Source of the DNA: an uncultured Verrucomicrobiae bacterium
GTDB lineage: Bacteria; Verrucomicrobiota; Verrucomicrobiia; Chthoniobacterales; JAFAMB01
Assembly: GCA_963762565.1 (NCBI GenBank)
Contig: CAVXLD010000001.1
Span: forward strand, 96,001 to 160,000
Direction: 5' to 3'
DNA length: 64,000 nt
Shown piece by piece: positions 28,389-37,952 of the stretch; position 1 is the first letter of the stretch, and each line of letters starts with the position of its first letter. The translations under genes were made by a program, and so were the position numbers. Below the pieces are notes generated by a model. The model saw only the letters and a program-made list of their open reading frames with translations, was not told the origin of the DNA and did not search any database.

Positions 28389-29345
28389 ATGACAGACGGA
28401 GCCGAGTCCCCGACGCCAAGCTTTCACCGAAAAGGGTTTCGGTTCGACTTGTTCCGTGTATTTACGTGGGTGGCCTCCGTGGCAACGGTTGCCACCCTCG
28501 TTTGTATTGCCGCCAGTATTCTGATCCAGGCGTGGCCGGCCATTGCTCGCTTTGGCCTGGGCTTTTTTACCACTGTCGCGTGGAAGACCAGCGATCCGGA
28601 GAACTATGGAGTGCTTCCGTACCTGGTGGGGACAGCCCTCAGCTCGCTGATCGCTCTGTTACTGGCTTTACCGCTTGGCGTTCTTATTGCGATTTTCTTG
28701 AGTGAAAATTTCTTGGCGCTTCCTCTGCGTCATACGGTTCGGTTTGTGGTAGAGCTGCTAGCGGCGATTCCCAGTGTTATATACGGATTATGGGGTATCG
28801 CAGTGGTGATCCCCATTGTTCAGCGGATCGGCGGATCCATCGCCGGAGCGCTTGGGTTCCTGCCCCTGTTTGCAGGTCCGTCTTCCGGAAACAGCATGCT
28901 AACCGCAAGTTTGGTTCTAGCGTTGATGGTATTGCCAACCATCACGGCGATCTCAAGAACCGCGCTGGTAGCCGTGCCTGGGCAATTGCGAGAGGGATCG
29001 TACGCGATTGGCGCGACCCGCTGGGAGACAATTTTTGGTGTCTTGTTACCGACGGCTGCCCCCGGCATCGTGGCGGCCACGATTCTGGCGTTTGGCCGCG
29101 CCATGGGTGAAACCATGGCTGTCGCCATGCTCATTGGAAATAGCCCTCGACTGACTTGGTCGCTGCTTTCGCCGGCTGGAACACTGGCCAGTTTAATTGC
29201 CAATAAGTTTGGTGAAGCAGAGGACTTGCAAGTGAGCGCGCTTTTGTACGCCGCATTTGCTCTGATGCTCTTTACCTTGCTGGTGAACGTTATCGGCGAG
29301 TTGGTACTACGCCGAGCCCAAAAATCAATCAGCGGGTTGCGCTAA
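28389..29345 (+). CDS. pstC: Phosphate ABC transporter permease
   Basis: ELLAAIPSVIYGLWG, GATRWE, RAMGETMAV; ATG 28389 preferred. Confidence 0.95.
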   Translation: MTDGAESPTPSFHRKGFRFDLFRVFTWVASVATVATLVCIAASILIQAWPAIARFGLGFFTTVAWKTSDPENYGVLPYLVGTALSSLIALLLALPLGVLIAIFLSENFLALPLRHTVRFVVELLAAIPSVIYGLWGIAVVIPIVQRIGGSIAGALGFLPLFAGPSSGNSMLTASLVLALMVLPTITAISRTALVAVPGQLREGSYAIGATRWETIFGVLLPTAAPGIVAATILAFGRAMGETMAVAMLIGNSPRLTWSLLSPAGTLASLIANKFGEAEDLQVSALLYAAFALMLFTLLVNVIGELVLRRAQKSISGLR

Positions 29346-29349
29346 CATC

Positions 29350-30240
29350 ATGTCGACCGCAGTTTTCAATCAAAATCTAGCGCCGGAAATGAAGGCCCAG
29401 AGCATCAGAGATCGGTTGCGCTTGGGTCGAAACCTATTTTGGACGGTGATCTGCGTCCTGGCTTCGTTTCTAACGCTGATCCCTCTCTTCTCGATCATAT
29501 TTCTGGTGGTCAGCAACGGGATTGGTTTGCTGACACCCAGCGTGTTTTTCCAGCTCCCGCCAGCTCCTGGACAAGAAGGAGGCGGTCTAGGAAATGCGAT
29601 TCAGGGCACAGCGCTTATGGTCGGAATTGCGATTTTCATCGCCGCGCCTCTTGGCATTTTATCCGCCGTCTATATTTCCGAATATGACAAGCGTTCCGTG
29701 CTGGCGGCGACAGTCAGATTCATTGCCAAACTGTTGACCGGCATCCCGTCGATCATTTGTGGTATGTTCGCGTTTGCGACCATCGTCGTAAGCACCCATA
29801 CAAAATCGTCTATTGCCGGCGGCGTTGCGCTGGCGGTTCTGGCTTTGCCCACAATCCTCTTAACGGCAGAACAAGCTCTGCTAGGAGTACCGCATGCTTT
29901 GCGCGAGGCCTCGTACGGTATGGGCGCGACGAAATTTCAAACCATCTTTCGCGTGGTTTTGCCCGAAGCCGTCCCGGCAATCATGACTGGGTTAATGTTG
30001 GCAATAGCCCGAGCTGCTGGCGAAACTGCACCGGTCCTGTTCACGGCGACTTCCAGCGCGTATTGGCTCTCGTCCCTGATGGAACCGACCCAATCGCTGG
30101 CAGAGCTCATTTATCGGTTCGGTAAATATCCATACCCTCACCTGATCCAGCTGGCCTGGACCGCTTCACTGGTGCTCGTCGTTCTCGTCACCCTGACGAA
30201 TGTGACCGCCCAGTTAGTGTTTGCTAAGCGGAGACGGTAA
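29350..30240 (+). CDS. pstA: Phosphate ABC transporter permease
   Basis: GLGNAIQGT, GIPSII, ARAAGETAP. Confidence 0.95.
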   Translation: MSTAVFNQNLAPEMKAQSIRDRLRLGRNLFWTVICVLASFLTLIPLFSIIFLVVSNGIGLLTPSVFFQLPPAPGQEGGGLGNAIQGTALMVGIAIFIAAPLGILSAVYISEYDKRSVLAATVRFIAKLLTGIPSIICGMFAFATIVVSTHTKSSIAGGVALAVLALPTILLTAEQALLGVPHALREASYGMGATKFQTIFRVVLPEAVPAIMTGLMLAIARAAGETAPVLFTATSSAYWLSSLMEPTQSLAELIYRFGKYPYPHLIQLAWTASLVLVVLVTLTNVTAQLVFAKRRR

Positions 30241-30281
30241 AAGACAGCGAATGGGCGAGTAGGCGCACCGGCGAAAGGGCG

Positions 30282-30552
30282 TGGTAGGGCGAGGCTCCCG
30301 AACACCAAGGGGTTTTCGCGGAGCTGGGATCGGACCAGACACCCATTATCGTTGCGACGCCTTAAATCCCGCCGAGCCGTGGTCCCAGCGCTCGCCAAAC
30401 CGATGGGATCAGCTTCATTTTTCGGCCGTGCGCGGGGGGTGGCACGTTGAATATCCGCGGCTCGGCATTTCTAGCGGCCTTTGATCACGACGGGCAGCAC
30501 ACGTCGTGGTCCTTGGAAAAAGGTTTGGAAATGCGGGAGCCTCGCCCTACCA
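30282..30552. repeat. GGGCGAGGCTCCCG-family REP-like element
   Basis: TGGTAGGGCGAGGCTCCCG 30282-30300 / CGGGAGCCTCGCCCTACCA 30534-30552; internal GCCGAGCCG..CGGCTCGGC. Confidence 0.85.
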
Positions 30553-30558
30553 AACTGC

Positions 30559-32142
30559 TCACTTCGCATACCCCACGGGCGACTTGCCGCCGGGCTCGAG
30601 CTGAGCGGACGGCTTGGGGCCGCCCCAAAGGAACGTGATGGCGGCACTAACGACGTCGATGCTGACGCCGAACTTCCCGCTGACGTTATGGCCTAGGCTG
30701 TCGGTAAAATTGACCGCCGCGTCTTGCGCAAAAAGGTGGGCATAACCAACGTCGAACGCGACGAAAGAGCACGGCTGCCAGCGGAGCCCGGCAGAGAGGA
30801 AATAACGGCTGTTATCCGGGATCCGGGGATCTCGAGTCTGGGCGCTCTGGATCGGGGTTTCATCGTAAGCGAAGCCGGCGCGGAGCGTGAGTTGTTTTAG
30901 GGCATACCATTCAAAGCCGATCGAATAACGGAGCGAATCATCGTACTGAAGATTCAAGACGTTCGTTGGAGTAGATGGATTGCTAAAGGTGATATCGACC
31001 TGTTGCAGCCGGTTCCAGCGAGTCCACTCAATGTCACCCATCACGGCAAATTTCTGGAGAAATCGTTGGTAGAGGCTGAAGTGATAGATCGCCGGAAGAT
31101 CCAACCCGGCGCTGGCGTTTTGATTAAAGAACACATCTTGCAGTGCGCTGGGGAAAGGGAATTGGACCGGTGCTCCGATCGCGTTGAGACTCGGAACTCC
31201 CCGAAATTCGCCAGTCCCTTGCAAAGTATGGTCGATGGCGGAGCGATAGCTAAACCCGAATCGGCCATCCTGCAGAAACTCGAGTTCGTTACCTTTGAGG
31301 TATTCGAAGATGAATCCAACAGTAAACCCCACGCTCCAATCGTCCCCTTGAACCTCGGCCACCCCATCGCGCCCTTGGGGCACGAAACCGGCCGCAGAAT
31401 AGGCCCGCTCCGTCGCTGCCACCACCCCGGGGATAGCGGCCAACGGGACTCCGGAGGCGGCAAGTCGCGCCGGGAGCGCAGCATAGAAAGGAGCCAAGGT
31501 TTCCGCCCCGATCTCGCCAAAATCAATCGCTTGGGTGAGCCGGGCTGAGGCGTATTGGACGTCTAGTCCGGCTCCGATGGAAATTCTATCAAGGAAACGG
31601 TAAGCGATAGTCGGCTGGATATCGAACGTTGTTAGTTTAGTCCTCAGCGCTGCATAGCGACCCACCCAATCGGGTTCATAGTTTGTCTCAAGACCGAAGG
31701 GAACAGTAAGTCCGATCCCGACACTCAAATCGCCGTAAACAGGACTCCGGAACAATGGTTGAGAAAGATAAACATTCGGAATCAGATGATCGACGCCAGG
31801 GTCGCCGCCATTTCCTCCGGTTAGCGGTTCATTGTTGAACGGAGTTCCGGGCGCGACTAAGTGAGAGCCCTGATTCTGGAAGGTGGCGTTGGGGATAATA
31901 AATTGTCCGCCGATTTGCAACTGGCCCTGGTCGAGCAACGCAAGTCCGGCCGGATTGAAAAAGATGGTTGAGGCGTCCTCGGCCTGAGCAGCGCCACCGG
32001 CATACGCGCTGCCCAAGCTGGAGACGCTTTGTTCGTTTAAAGCAAAGCTGCCCGCCCAGCTTGCCGGCGGGGTCCAAATCAGGAACGTAACAAAGCCAAT
32101 TACAGTAGAGAACGACTTCCGCCATCCTGGTGCAGAGTTCAT
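30559..32142 (-). CDS. fadL: Long-chain fatty acid outer-membrane transporter (OmpP1/FadL)
   Basis: FALNEQS..LGSAYAG..A.AEDASTIFFNPAG hatch; LRAGFAYDETP, PRIPD; start moved to ATG 32142. Confidence 0.9.
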   Translation of the reverse strand: MNSAPGWRKSFSTVIGFVTFLIWTPPASWAGSFALNEQSVSSLGSAYAGGAAQAEDASTIFFNPAGLALLDQGQLQIGGQFIIPNATFQNQGSHLVAPGTPFNNEPLTGGNGGDPGVDHLIPNVYLSQPLFRSPVYGDLSVGIGLTVPFGLETNYEPDWVGRYAALRTKLTTFDIQPTIAYRFLDRISIGAGLDVQYASARLTQAIDFGEIGAETLAPFYAALPARLAASGVPLAAIPGVVAATERAYSAAGFVPQGRDGVAEVQGDDWSVGFTVGFIFEYLKGNELEFLQDGRFGFSYRSAIDHTLQGTGEFRGVPSLNAIGAPVQFPFPSALQDVFFNQNASAGLDLPAIYHFSLYQRFLQKFAVMGDIEWTRWNRLQQVDITFSNPSTPTNVLNLQYDDSLRYSIGFEWYALKQLTLRAGFAYDETPIQSAQTRDPRIPDNSRYFLSAGLRWQPCSFVAFDVGYAHLFAQDAAVNFTDSLGHNVSGKFGVSIDVVSAAITFLWGGPKPSAQLEPGGKSPVGYAK

Positions 32143-32375
32143 GGGGGATACAAAAACGAAGCGTTGTGGGGGAGGAATACTACAACAGCAAAAAAGTAAG
32201 AACCGTTTTTGGCCGCAGTTACAAGCCAATTCCGCTAAACCAGCAGCAAATAAGCTTGCAAAGTCGAGCTTCAGAATGAGATTGGGTTTAGCGGGACGGC
32301 GGTGCTGGAAGTTAAGGCTGGAAGTTAATTTAACGAAGGTATCTGATGGCTGAATCGCTCCGTCCCGGGTCTTCC

Positions 32376-34196
32376 ATGAGTAGTCCGTTATCGACGACTC
32401 CCACTCGCGTTTTTGACCTGCTAGTTCACCAACAGGCACATTATCCGAAGACCGATTCGCTGGCTTACAAGGTGAACGGCGTGTGGGTGAAATTTAGTAC
32501 GTCCGAGGTGCTCTCCATCGTCGAGCACCTAGCCTGCGGGCTCCAGCTGGCCGGCATTAGAGCCGGGGATAAGATCGCCAACGTCACCGATAACAATCGA
32601 CCGGAGTGGAACTTCATCGATCTCGCCAGTCTGACGCTCGGCGCCGTTCATGTCCCGATCTACCCCAACGCCTCACCCGACGATTATCGATTCATCCTCT
32701 CTGATGCCCGCCCGAGCCTGGTTTTCGTCTCCAATCAGCGTCTGTTAGAGTTCATCCGGCCGATCGCAGCCGAGATTCCGGACATCGGACACATCTATAC
32801 TTACGATGAGGTGACGGGGGCTGACTCCTGGAAGAAATTGGCTGAAGCGGGGAAAACCGCGCTGCTTGACACTGCGAACAGGGAAAAGTTAGCGGAGACA
32901 CGAGCTGCCGTTAAACCAGAAGATCTGGCCACGCTCATTTACACGTCGGGTACGACCGGACAACCAAAAGGGGTTATGCTTTCGCACGCCAATCTCGTGA
33001 GCAACGCCATGGCGGCCGCGGAGATTCTACAGCCGTGCGGCCATGAGCGAGCTCTTTCGTTCCTTCCTTTGTGCCACATTTACGAGCGAACCGTGGCCAA
33101 TATGTACGCCTATGTCGGCACCTCGATCTATTACGCGGAAAACTTGGACTCTATCGGGCAAAATCTGAGGGAAGTTCAACCGGATACCTTCAGCAGCGTT
33201 CCCAGACTCCTGGAAAAGATGTACGAACGGATTCTGGCTCGGGGTGAACAACTCTCTGGATTGCAGCGGCGCATCTTTTTCTGGGCGCTTAATCTCGGGT
33301 TGAACTTTGATCCGGACGCTCATTGCCCGTGGTTCAAACGGCTGCAATTAGCAATCGCAGATTTTCTAGTGTTCCGGAAGTGGCGAGAAGCGTTCGGCGG
33401 GAGAGTCAGCGGGATAATTTCAGGGTCCGCCGCCCTCCAGCCGCGGTTAGCACGCGTGTTCTTTGCTGCTGGGATCTCCGTTTGGGAAGGCTATGGACCA
33501 ACGGAGGCGGCGCCGGTGATCGCGGTCAATCGGCCTAAAACCACCTTGCACAAGCTGGGGACAGTTGGACCAGTTATTCCGGGCGGAGAAATCAAAATTG
33601 CCGAGGACGGCGAAATTCTCTATCGCGGTCCGAACGTGATGATGGGCTACTATCAGCGCCCGGATCTTACCAAGGAAGCAATCGATTCAGAGGGCTGGCT
33701 TCACACCGGTGACGTCGGGGAGATGGATGGCCCATTGCTTAAGATCACTGATCGTAAGAAAGAGATCTTTAAGACTTCCGGCGGAAAATACATTGCTCCT
33801 CAACAGGTCGAAAATCAGCTGAAAGAATCGCGTTTCATCGCCCAGTGCATCGTTGTCGGTGAAAATCATAAGTTCCCGGCGGCATTGATCGTTCCTCAAT
33901 TTGACGCAGTGCGATCTTGGCTGACGACACAGAATGAAGAGATCGAGGATCGAACGGAGATGTCGAAACATCCGAAGGTGATTGAGTTGATTCAGAGTGA
34001 AATTGATCACTGTAATTCGCGTTTTGGCCGTTATAGCCAGATTAAGAAATTTGCTCTCGTAGCAGAGGAATGGACCATCGCCAGCGGAGAACTAACGCCA
34101 ACATTGAAACTGAAGCGCAAACAAATCTTGAAGAAGCACGCCAAGGAGATCGCCGCTTTATATGAGAAAGAGGAGTTGGCGTCCGCCACCTATTAG
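32376..34196 (+). CDS. fadD: Long-chain fatty acid-CoA ligase (AMP-binding)
   Basis: IYTSGTTGQPKG, EGYGPTE, GWLHTGD, DRKKEIFKTSGGKYIAP; start could be 32346. Confidence 0.92.
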   Translation: MSSPLSTTPTRVFDLLVHQQAHYPKTDSLAYKVNGVWVKFSTSEVLSIVEHLACGLQLAGIRAGDKIANVTDNNRPEWNFIDLASLTLGAVHVPIYPNASPDDYRFILSDARPSLVFVSNQRLLEFIRPIAAEIPDIGHIYTYDEVTGADSWKKLAEAGKTALLDTANREKLAETRAAVKPEDLATLIYTSGTTGQPKGVMLSHANLVSNAMAAAEILQPCGHERALSFLPLCHIYERTVANMYAYVGTSIYYAENLDSIGQNLREVQPDTFSSVPRLLEKMYERILARGEQLSGLQRRIFFWALNLGLNFDPDAHCPWFKRLQLAIADFLVFRKWREAFGGRVSGIISGSAALQPRLARVFFAAGISVWEGYGPTEAAPVIAVNRPKTTLHKLGTVGPVIPGGEIKIAEDGEILYRGPNVMMGYYQRPDLTKEAIDSEGWLHTGDVGEMDGPLLKITDRKKEIFKTSGGKYIAPQQVENQLKESRFIAQCIVVGENHKFPAALIVPQFDAVRSWLTTQNEEIEDRTEMSKHPKVIELIQSEIDHCNSRFGRYSQIKKFALVAEEWTIASGELTPTLKLKRKQILKKHAKEIAALYEKEELASATY

Positions 34197-34268
34197 AGAG
34201 CGTGGCGAGGAACGTGCAGGGCGACGGTTGCAAGTGCCGGGAGGACAGGACATTTGGAATACTGAATC

Positions 34269-35558
34269 ATGAAGGAACCGATTTATATCGTTGCCGGGGT
34301 CCGCACTCCGTTTGCCAAGTCAGGGACTATCCTGGCGGACACCACGGCGATGGACCTGGGTAAGACCGTAGCCAGCCTCCTGATGGCAAAGACAGGACTT
34401 GCGCCCGAGAAGATCGAGGAAGTCATCTTCGGATGTGTCGGGCAACCAGCGGAAGCACCTAATATCGCGCGAGTCATTGCCCTGCGTGCCGGTCTGCCTG
34501 AATCCGTGCCGGCCGTTACCGTCCATCGAAACTGCGCGTCGGGGTTCGAAGCCGTGACCCAAGCTGCCGAGAAAATGATCGCGGGTCGCGGTGATGTCTT
34601 CCTCGTGGGCGGCGTCGAAAGCATGTCACAGATACCGCTGCTTTATTCCTATGAAACTGCTAAAAAATTGGGCGCGTTCGCCCGTGCAAAAAATATTGCT
34701 CACAAATTTCAAGCGGCTACCCAATTTCGGTTAAGCGATCTGAAGCCGGAGGTTGCGTTACAGCTTGGTCTTTCCGATCCGGTTTGTGGCCTCAATATGG
34801 GGCAAACCGCCGAGAACGTGAGTCGTGATTTCAATATTTCGCGTGAAGAACAGGACAGCTTTGCGATGCAATCCCATCATCGCGCCATTGCGGCTCGGGC
34901 GAATCTGGATGCCGAAATCACGCCGGTGTACCTGTCCAGATCTAAGAACGGCAAAGCCTACCTGCAGCAGGACAACGGGCCACGAGAGAACCAAACGATG
35001 GAAGCTCTGGCCAAACTCAAGCCGGTGTTCGAAGCGAACACTGGTACGGTGACGGCTGGTAACTCGTCTCAAATCACGGATGGAGCAACTGCGCTTCTTT
35101 TAATGACCGAGAAAGGCTTAAAGGAGTCTGGTTTAACGCCATTAGGCCGGCTGCTCGGGTATGACTACGTGGGGCTGGATCCTGCCAGGATGGGCATGGG
35201 GCCGATCCATGCGATTCATCGGGTAGAGCAGCGAGTCGGTCTTGGGTTGAAAGACGCCTCTATCATCGAGATCAACGAGGCCTTTGCGGCCCAGGTGCTA
35301 GCCTGTCAAAAAGCGGCTGTCTCGGCGGAATGGAGCAAGAAGCATCTCGGAAGAGATTCAGCTCTGGGAGAAATCCCGGATGAGATCCTCAACGTGAACG
35401 GAGGAGCAATCGCTCTGGGTCACCCCGTTGGAGTGACCGGATCGCGTTTAGTGCTTACCGCGTTAAAGGAACTTCACCGTAGGCAGGCCGATAAGGCGTT
35501 GGTTGCTCTGTGCGTTGGGGGCGGCCAAGGAGGGGCGCTTTGGCTAACGCGAAATTGA
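34269..35558 (+). CDS. Acetyl-CoA C-acyltransferase (thiolase, FadI-like)
   Basis: NCASG, EINEAFA, GGAIALGHP, LCVGGGQG. Confidence 0.95.
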   Translation: MKEPIYIVAGVRTPFAKSGTILADTTAMDLGKTVASLLMAKTGLAPEKIEEVIFGCVGQPAEAPNIARVIALRAGLPESVPAVTVHRNCASGFEAVTQAAEKMIAGRGDVFLVGGVESMSQIPLLYSYETAKKLGAFARAKNIAHKFQAATQFRLSDLKPEVALQLGLSDPVCGLNMGQTAENVSRDFNISREEQDSFAMQSHHRAIAARANLDAEITPVYLSRSKNGKAYLQQDNGPRENQTMEALAKLKPVFEANTGTVTAGNSSQITDGATALLLMTEKGLKESGLTPLGRLLGYDYVGLDPARMGMGPIHAIHRVEQRVGLGLKDASIIEINEAFAAQVLACQKAAVSAEWSKKHLGRDSALGEIPDEILNVNGGAIALGHPVGVTGSRLVLTALKELHRRQADKALVALCVGGGQGGALWLTRN

Positions 35559-35590
35559 TATTACCCTAAAGGAATAGAAGGAAACGAAAC

Positions 35591-37723
35591 GTGGATCGAA
35601 CCATTACTTGTGAAGTTCGCGGGCCCGGGATCGCCTTTTTAACTTTCGATCGCCCTGGCTCGGCGGCCAATATTTTCGATCAGGCGACCTTTGAACAGCT
35701 GAATGCGTTGTTGGATCAAGTAGAGAACGACTCGTCCGTACGCGGTCTGGTCATCGTTAGTGCAAAGCCAAAGATCTTCATCGCAGGAGCCGATCTCACC
35801 GGATTCTCTAAGGACCCGAGCGGAGAGAACCTGGCAAAGATCGTCGATCAAGGGCAACTCACCTTTGATCGCATCGCTAATTTGAAGTTCCCGACGGTCG
35901 CAGCGATCCACGGGGTCGCGCTTGGCGGTGGGCTTGAGATTGCGTTGGCCTGCGACTATCGAATTGCCTCACTCGATTCAGCAACCAAGGTAGGGCTGCC
36001 GGAGACAAGTCTCGGTATCATCCCCGCGTGGGGAGGTTGCACGCGCCTTCCCCGATTAGTGGGGTTACCGACCGCTCTCGAGGTGATCCTGTCCGCGAGA
36101 CAATATCCCACCCGACAAGCCCAGAAACTCGGCTTGATCGACGATTCCACTTATCGCGAACGATTGGACGGCCTGGCCACAAAAATGATTGTTGATGGCC
36201 GCGGACGAAAGCGGGAGACCAAGACTCATTTTTCCAATATCTCACTACTCCCAGCGATCATTGCTGACCGAGTAAAAAAGAAGACGATCGAAAAGACGCG
36301 CGGACACTACCCTGCTCCTTTGAAAGCCCTCGAAGTTGTGGTCAACGGGCTGAAGAGCACAACTGCGGTCTCCTTCGAGAACGAAAAGAATGCTTTCATC
36401 GAACTGACAAAAGGTGAGGTCGCCCAAAACTTGATTCGAATCTTCTTTCTGCAGGAACGCTCCAAGAAATTGACGATTGGGGATCTTAAACCGGAAGTTA
36501 AACCCAAGCGGGTTCTCGTGGTGGGAGCTGGGCTGATGGGCTCGGGAATCGCGCAATGGCTGAGCGCGCGCGGGCTCAATGTGGTTCTAAAGGATGTCGG
36601 ACCGGACCCCCTGGCTAAAGGTCTGCAGTCCATCGAGCGAGTTTATCGTGACGCCGTCAAACGGAAGATTCTAAGTGAGGTCGATGCCCGCGCCGGGTTT
36701 GATCGAATTTTGCCGATCTACGAGGATGTGCCGTTAACGAACGTCGATCTCGCCATAGAAGCGGCTGTCGAAAAACTCGACCTAAAGAAACAGATTTTTT
36801 CGGAGCTCGAGCCGAAAATTCCAAACACTCTGCTGATTGCATCAAACACGTCCGGACTTTCGATTGACACGATTTCGGAGGGACTGACTCATCCCGAGAA
36901 AGTCGTCGGGGTTCACTTTTTCAATCCGGTCCATCGCATGCAATTGGTTGAGGTCGTGCGCGGCTCGCGGACCAGCGAAACCGTGCTGGCGATGGCGATT
37001 CAGTTCGTTAAATCAATCGGTAAGTTACCGGTGCTAGTGAAGGATAGCCCGGGCTTTTTAGTGAATCGGATCTTGCTGCCGTACTTGGTGGAGGCCATTA
37101 GAATTTTTTCTGAAGGGCACAGCGTCGAAGCGATCGACCGGGCAATACTGGATTTCGGAATGCCGATGGGCCCGCTGCGCCTCAACGATGAGGTCGGGCT
37201 AGATGTTTCGCTGCATGTCGGAAGTGATTTGGCTGCGCGAGTATCGCATCTGCCACCCCTCAATAATGTGTTACCTCGAATGATTCAGAAGGGCTGGTTA
37301 GGGAAAAAGTCCGGAACCGGCTTTTACATTTATCGAGATCAGTCAGAGACACCCAACCCAGGGCTCAAGGAGTTGCAGCCATCCATCGAACCAACCAATG
37401 CCAATCAACTGACGGACCGATTGATTTTTATTATGGTCAATGAAGCCGCCAGAGTATTGGAAGAAAAGGTGGTAACCGATCCGGCAGATGTGGATTTCGG
37501 AATGATCATGGGCACCGGTTGGGCGCCGTTCCGCGGCGGCCCATTAAAGTACGCAGACACCGTCGGAATCTCCACTGTGGTCAGCCGGTTAACCCATTTG
37601 GCCGGAAAGTTTGGAGAACATTTTAAACCGTGTGCGCTGCTCAACGACATGGTTAATCACGGAGGCACGTTTTTCGGGCCGGTAGGATCCAACGCTGAAG
37701 TAAGTCGGGCGACTGGCTCCTAA
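35591..37723 (+). CDS. Fatty acid oxidation complex alpha subunit (FadJ/FadB-like)
   Basis: FIAGAD, GGGLEIALAC, GAGLMGSG, HFFNPV, PGFLVNR. Confidence 0.95.
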   Translation: MDRTITCEVRGPGIAFLTFDRPGSAANIFDQATFEQLNALLDQVENDSSVRGLVIVSAKPKIFIAGADLTGFSKDPSGENLAKIVDQGQLTFDRIANLKFPTVAAIHGVALGGGLEIALACDYRIASLDSATKVGLPETSLGIIPAWGGCTRLPRLVGLPTALEVILSARQYPTRQAQKLGLIDDSTYRERLDGLATKMIVDGRGRKRETKTHFSNISLLPAIIADRVKKKTIEKTRGHYPAPLKALEVVVNGLKSTTAVSFENEKNAFIELTKGEVAQNLIRIFFLQERSKKLTIGDLKPEVKPKRVLVVGAGLMGSGIAQWLSARGLNVVLKDVGPDPLAKGLQSIERVYRDAVKRKILSEVDARAGFDRILPIYEDVPLTNVDLAIEAAVEKLDLKKQIFSELEPKIPNTLLIASNTSGLSIDTISEGLTHPEKVVGVHFFNPVHRMQLVEVVRGSRTSETVLAMAIQFVKSIGKLPVLVKDSPGFLVNRILLPYLVEAIRIFSEGHSVEAIDRAILDFGMPMGPLRLNDEVGLDVSLHVGSDLAARVSHLPPLNNVLPRMIQKGWLGKKSGTGFYIYRDQSETPNPGLKELQPSIEPTNANQLTDRLIFIMVNEAARVLEEKVVTDPADVDFGMIMGTGWAPFRGGPLKYADTVGISTVVSRLTHLAGKFGEHFKPCALLNDMVNHGGTFFGPVGSNAEVSRATGS

Positions 37724-37814
37724 CCATGAAATGGTTGCAGAGCGCTCGGAAACTGACGACAACCGGCCCCGGTTTGAAAAGTGGGCGACCTCTCGGTGAG
37801 CGGTCTGCAAATCG

Positions 37815-37936
37815 GGGAGGGCGCGCGTCCCCGCGCGCCGCGAGGACGTGGCACAACCTAAAGGTGTATGTTGGCCCCCGATTACAACACATGCTCGGCT
37901 TCGGCGACAACGGATCGCGGGGACGCGATCCCTCCC
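37815..37936. repeat. GGGAGGG(CGCG/ATCG)CGTCC-family IR element, copy 1
   Basis: Arms 37815-37843 and 37912-37936; reverse-oriented copy at 59560-59677, modified copy at 63712-63888. Confidence 0.8.
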
Positions 37937-37952
37937 GGTCGCTCGGTTTCGC

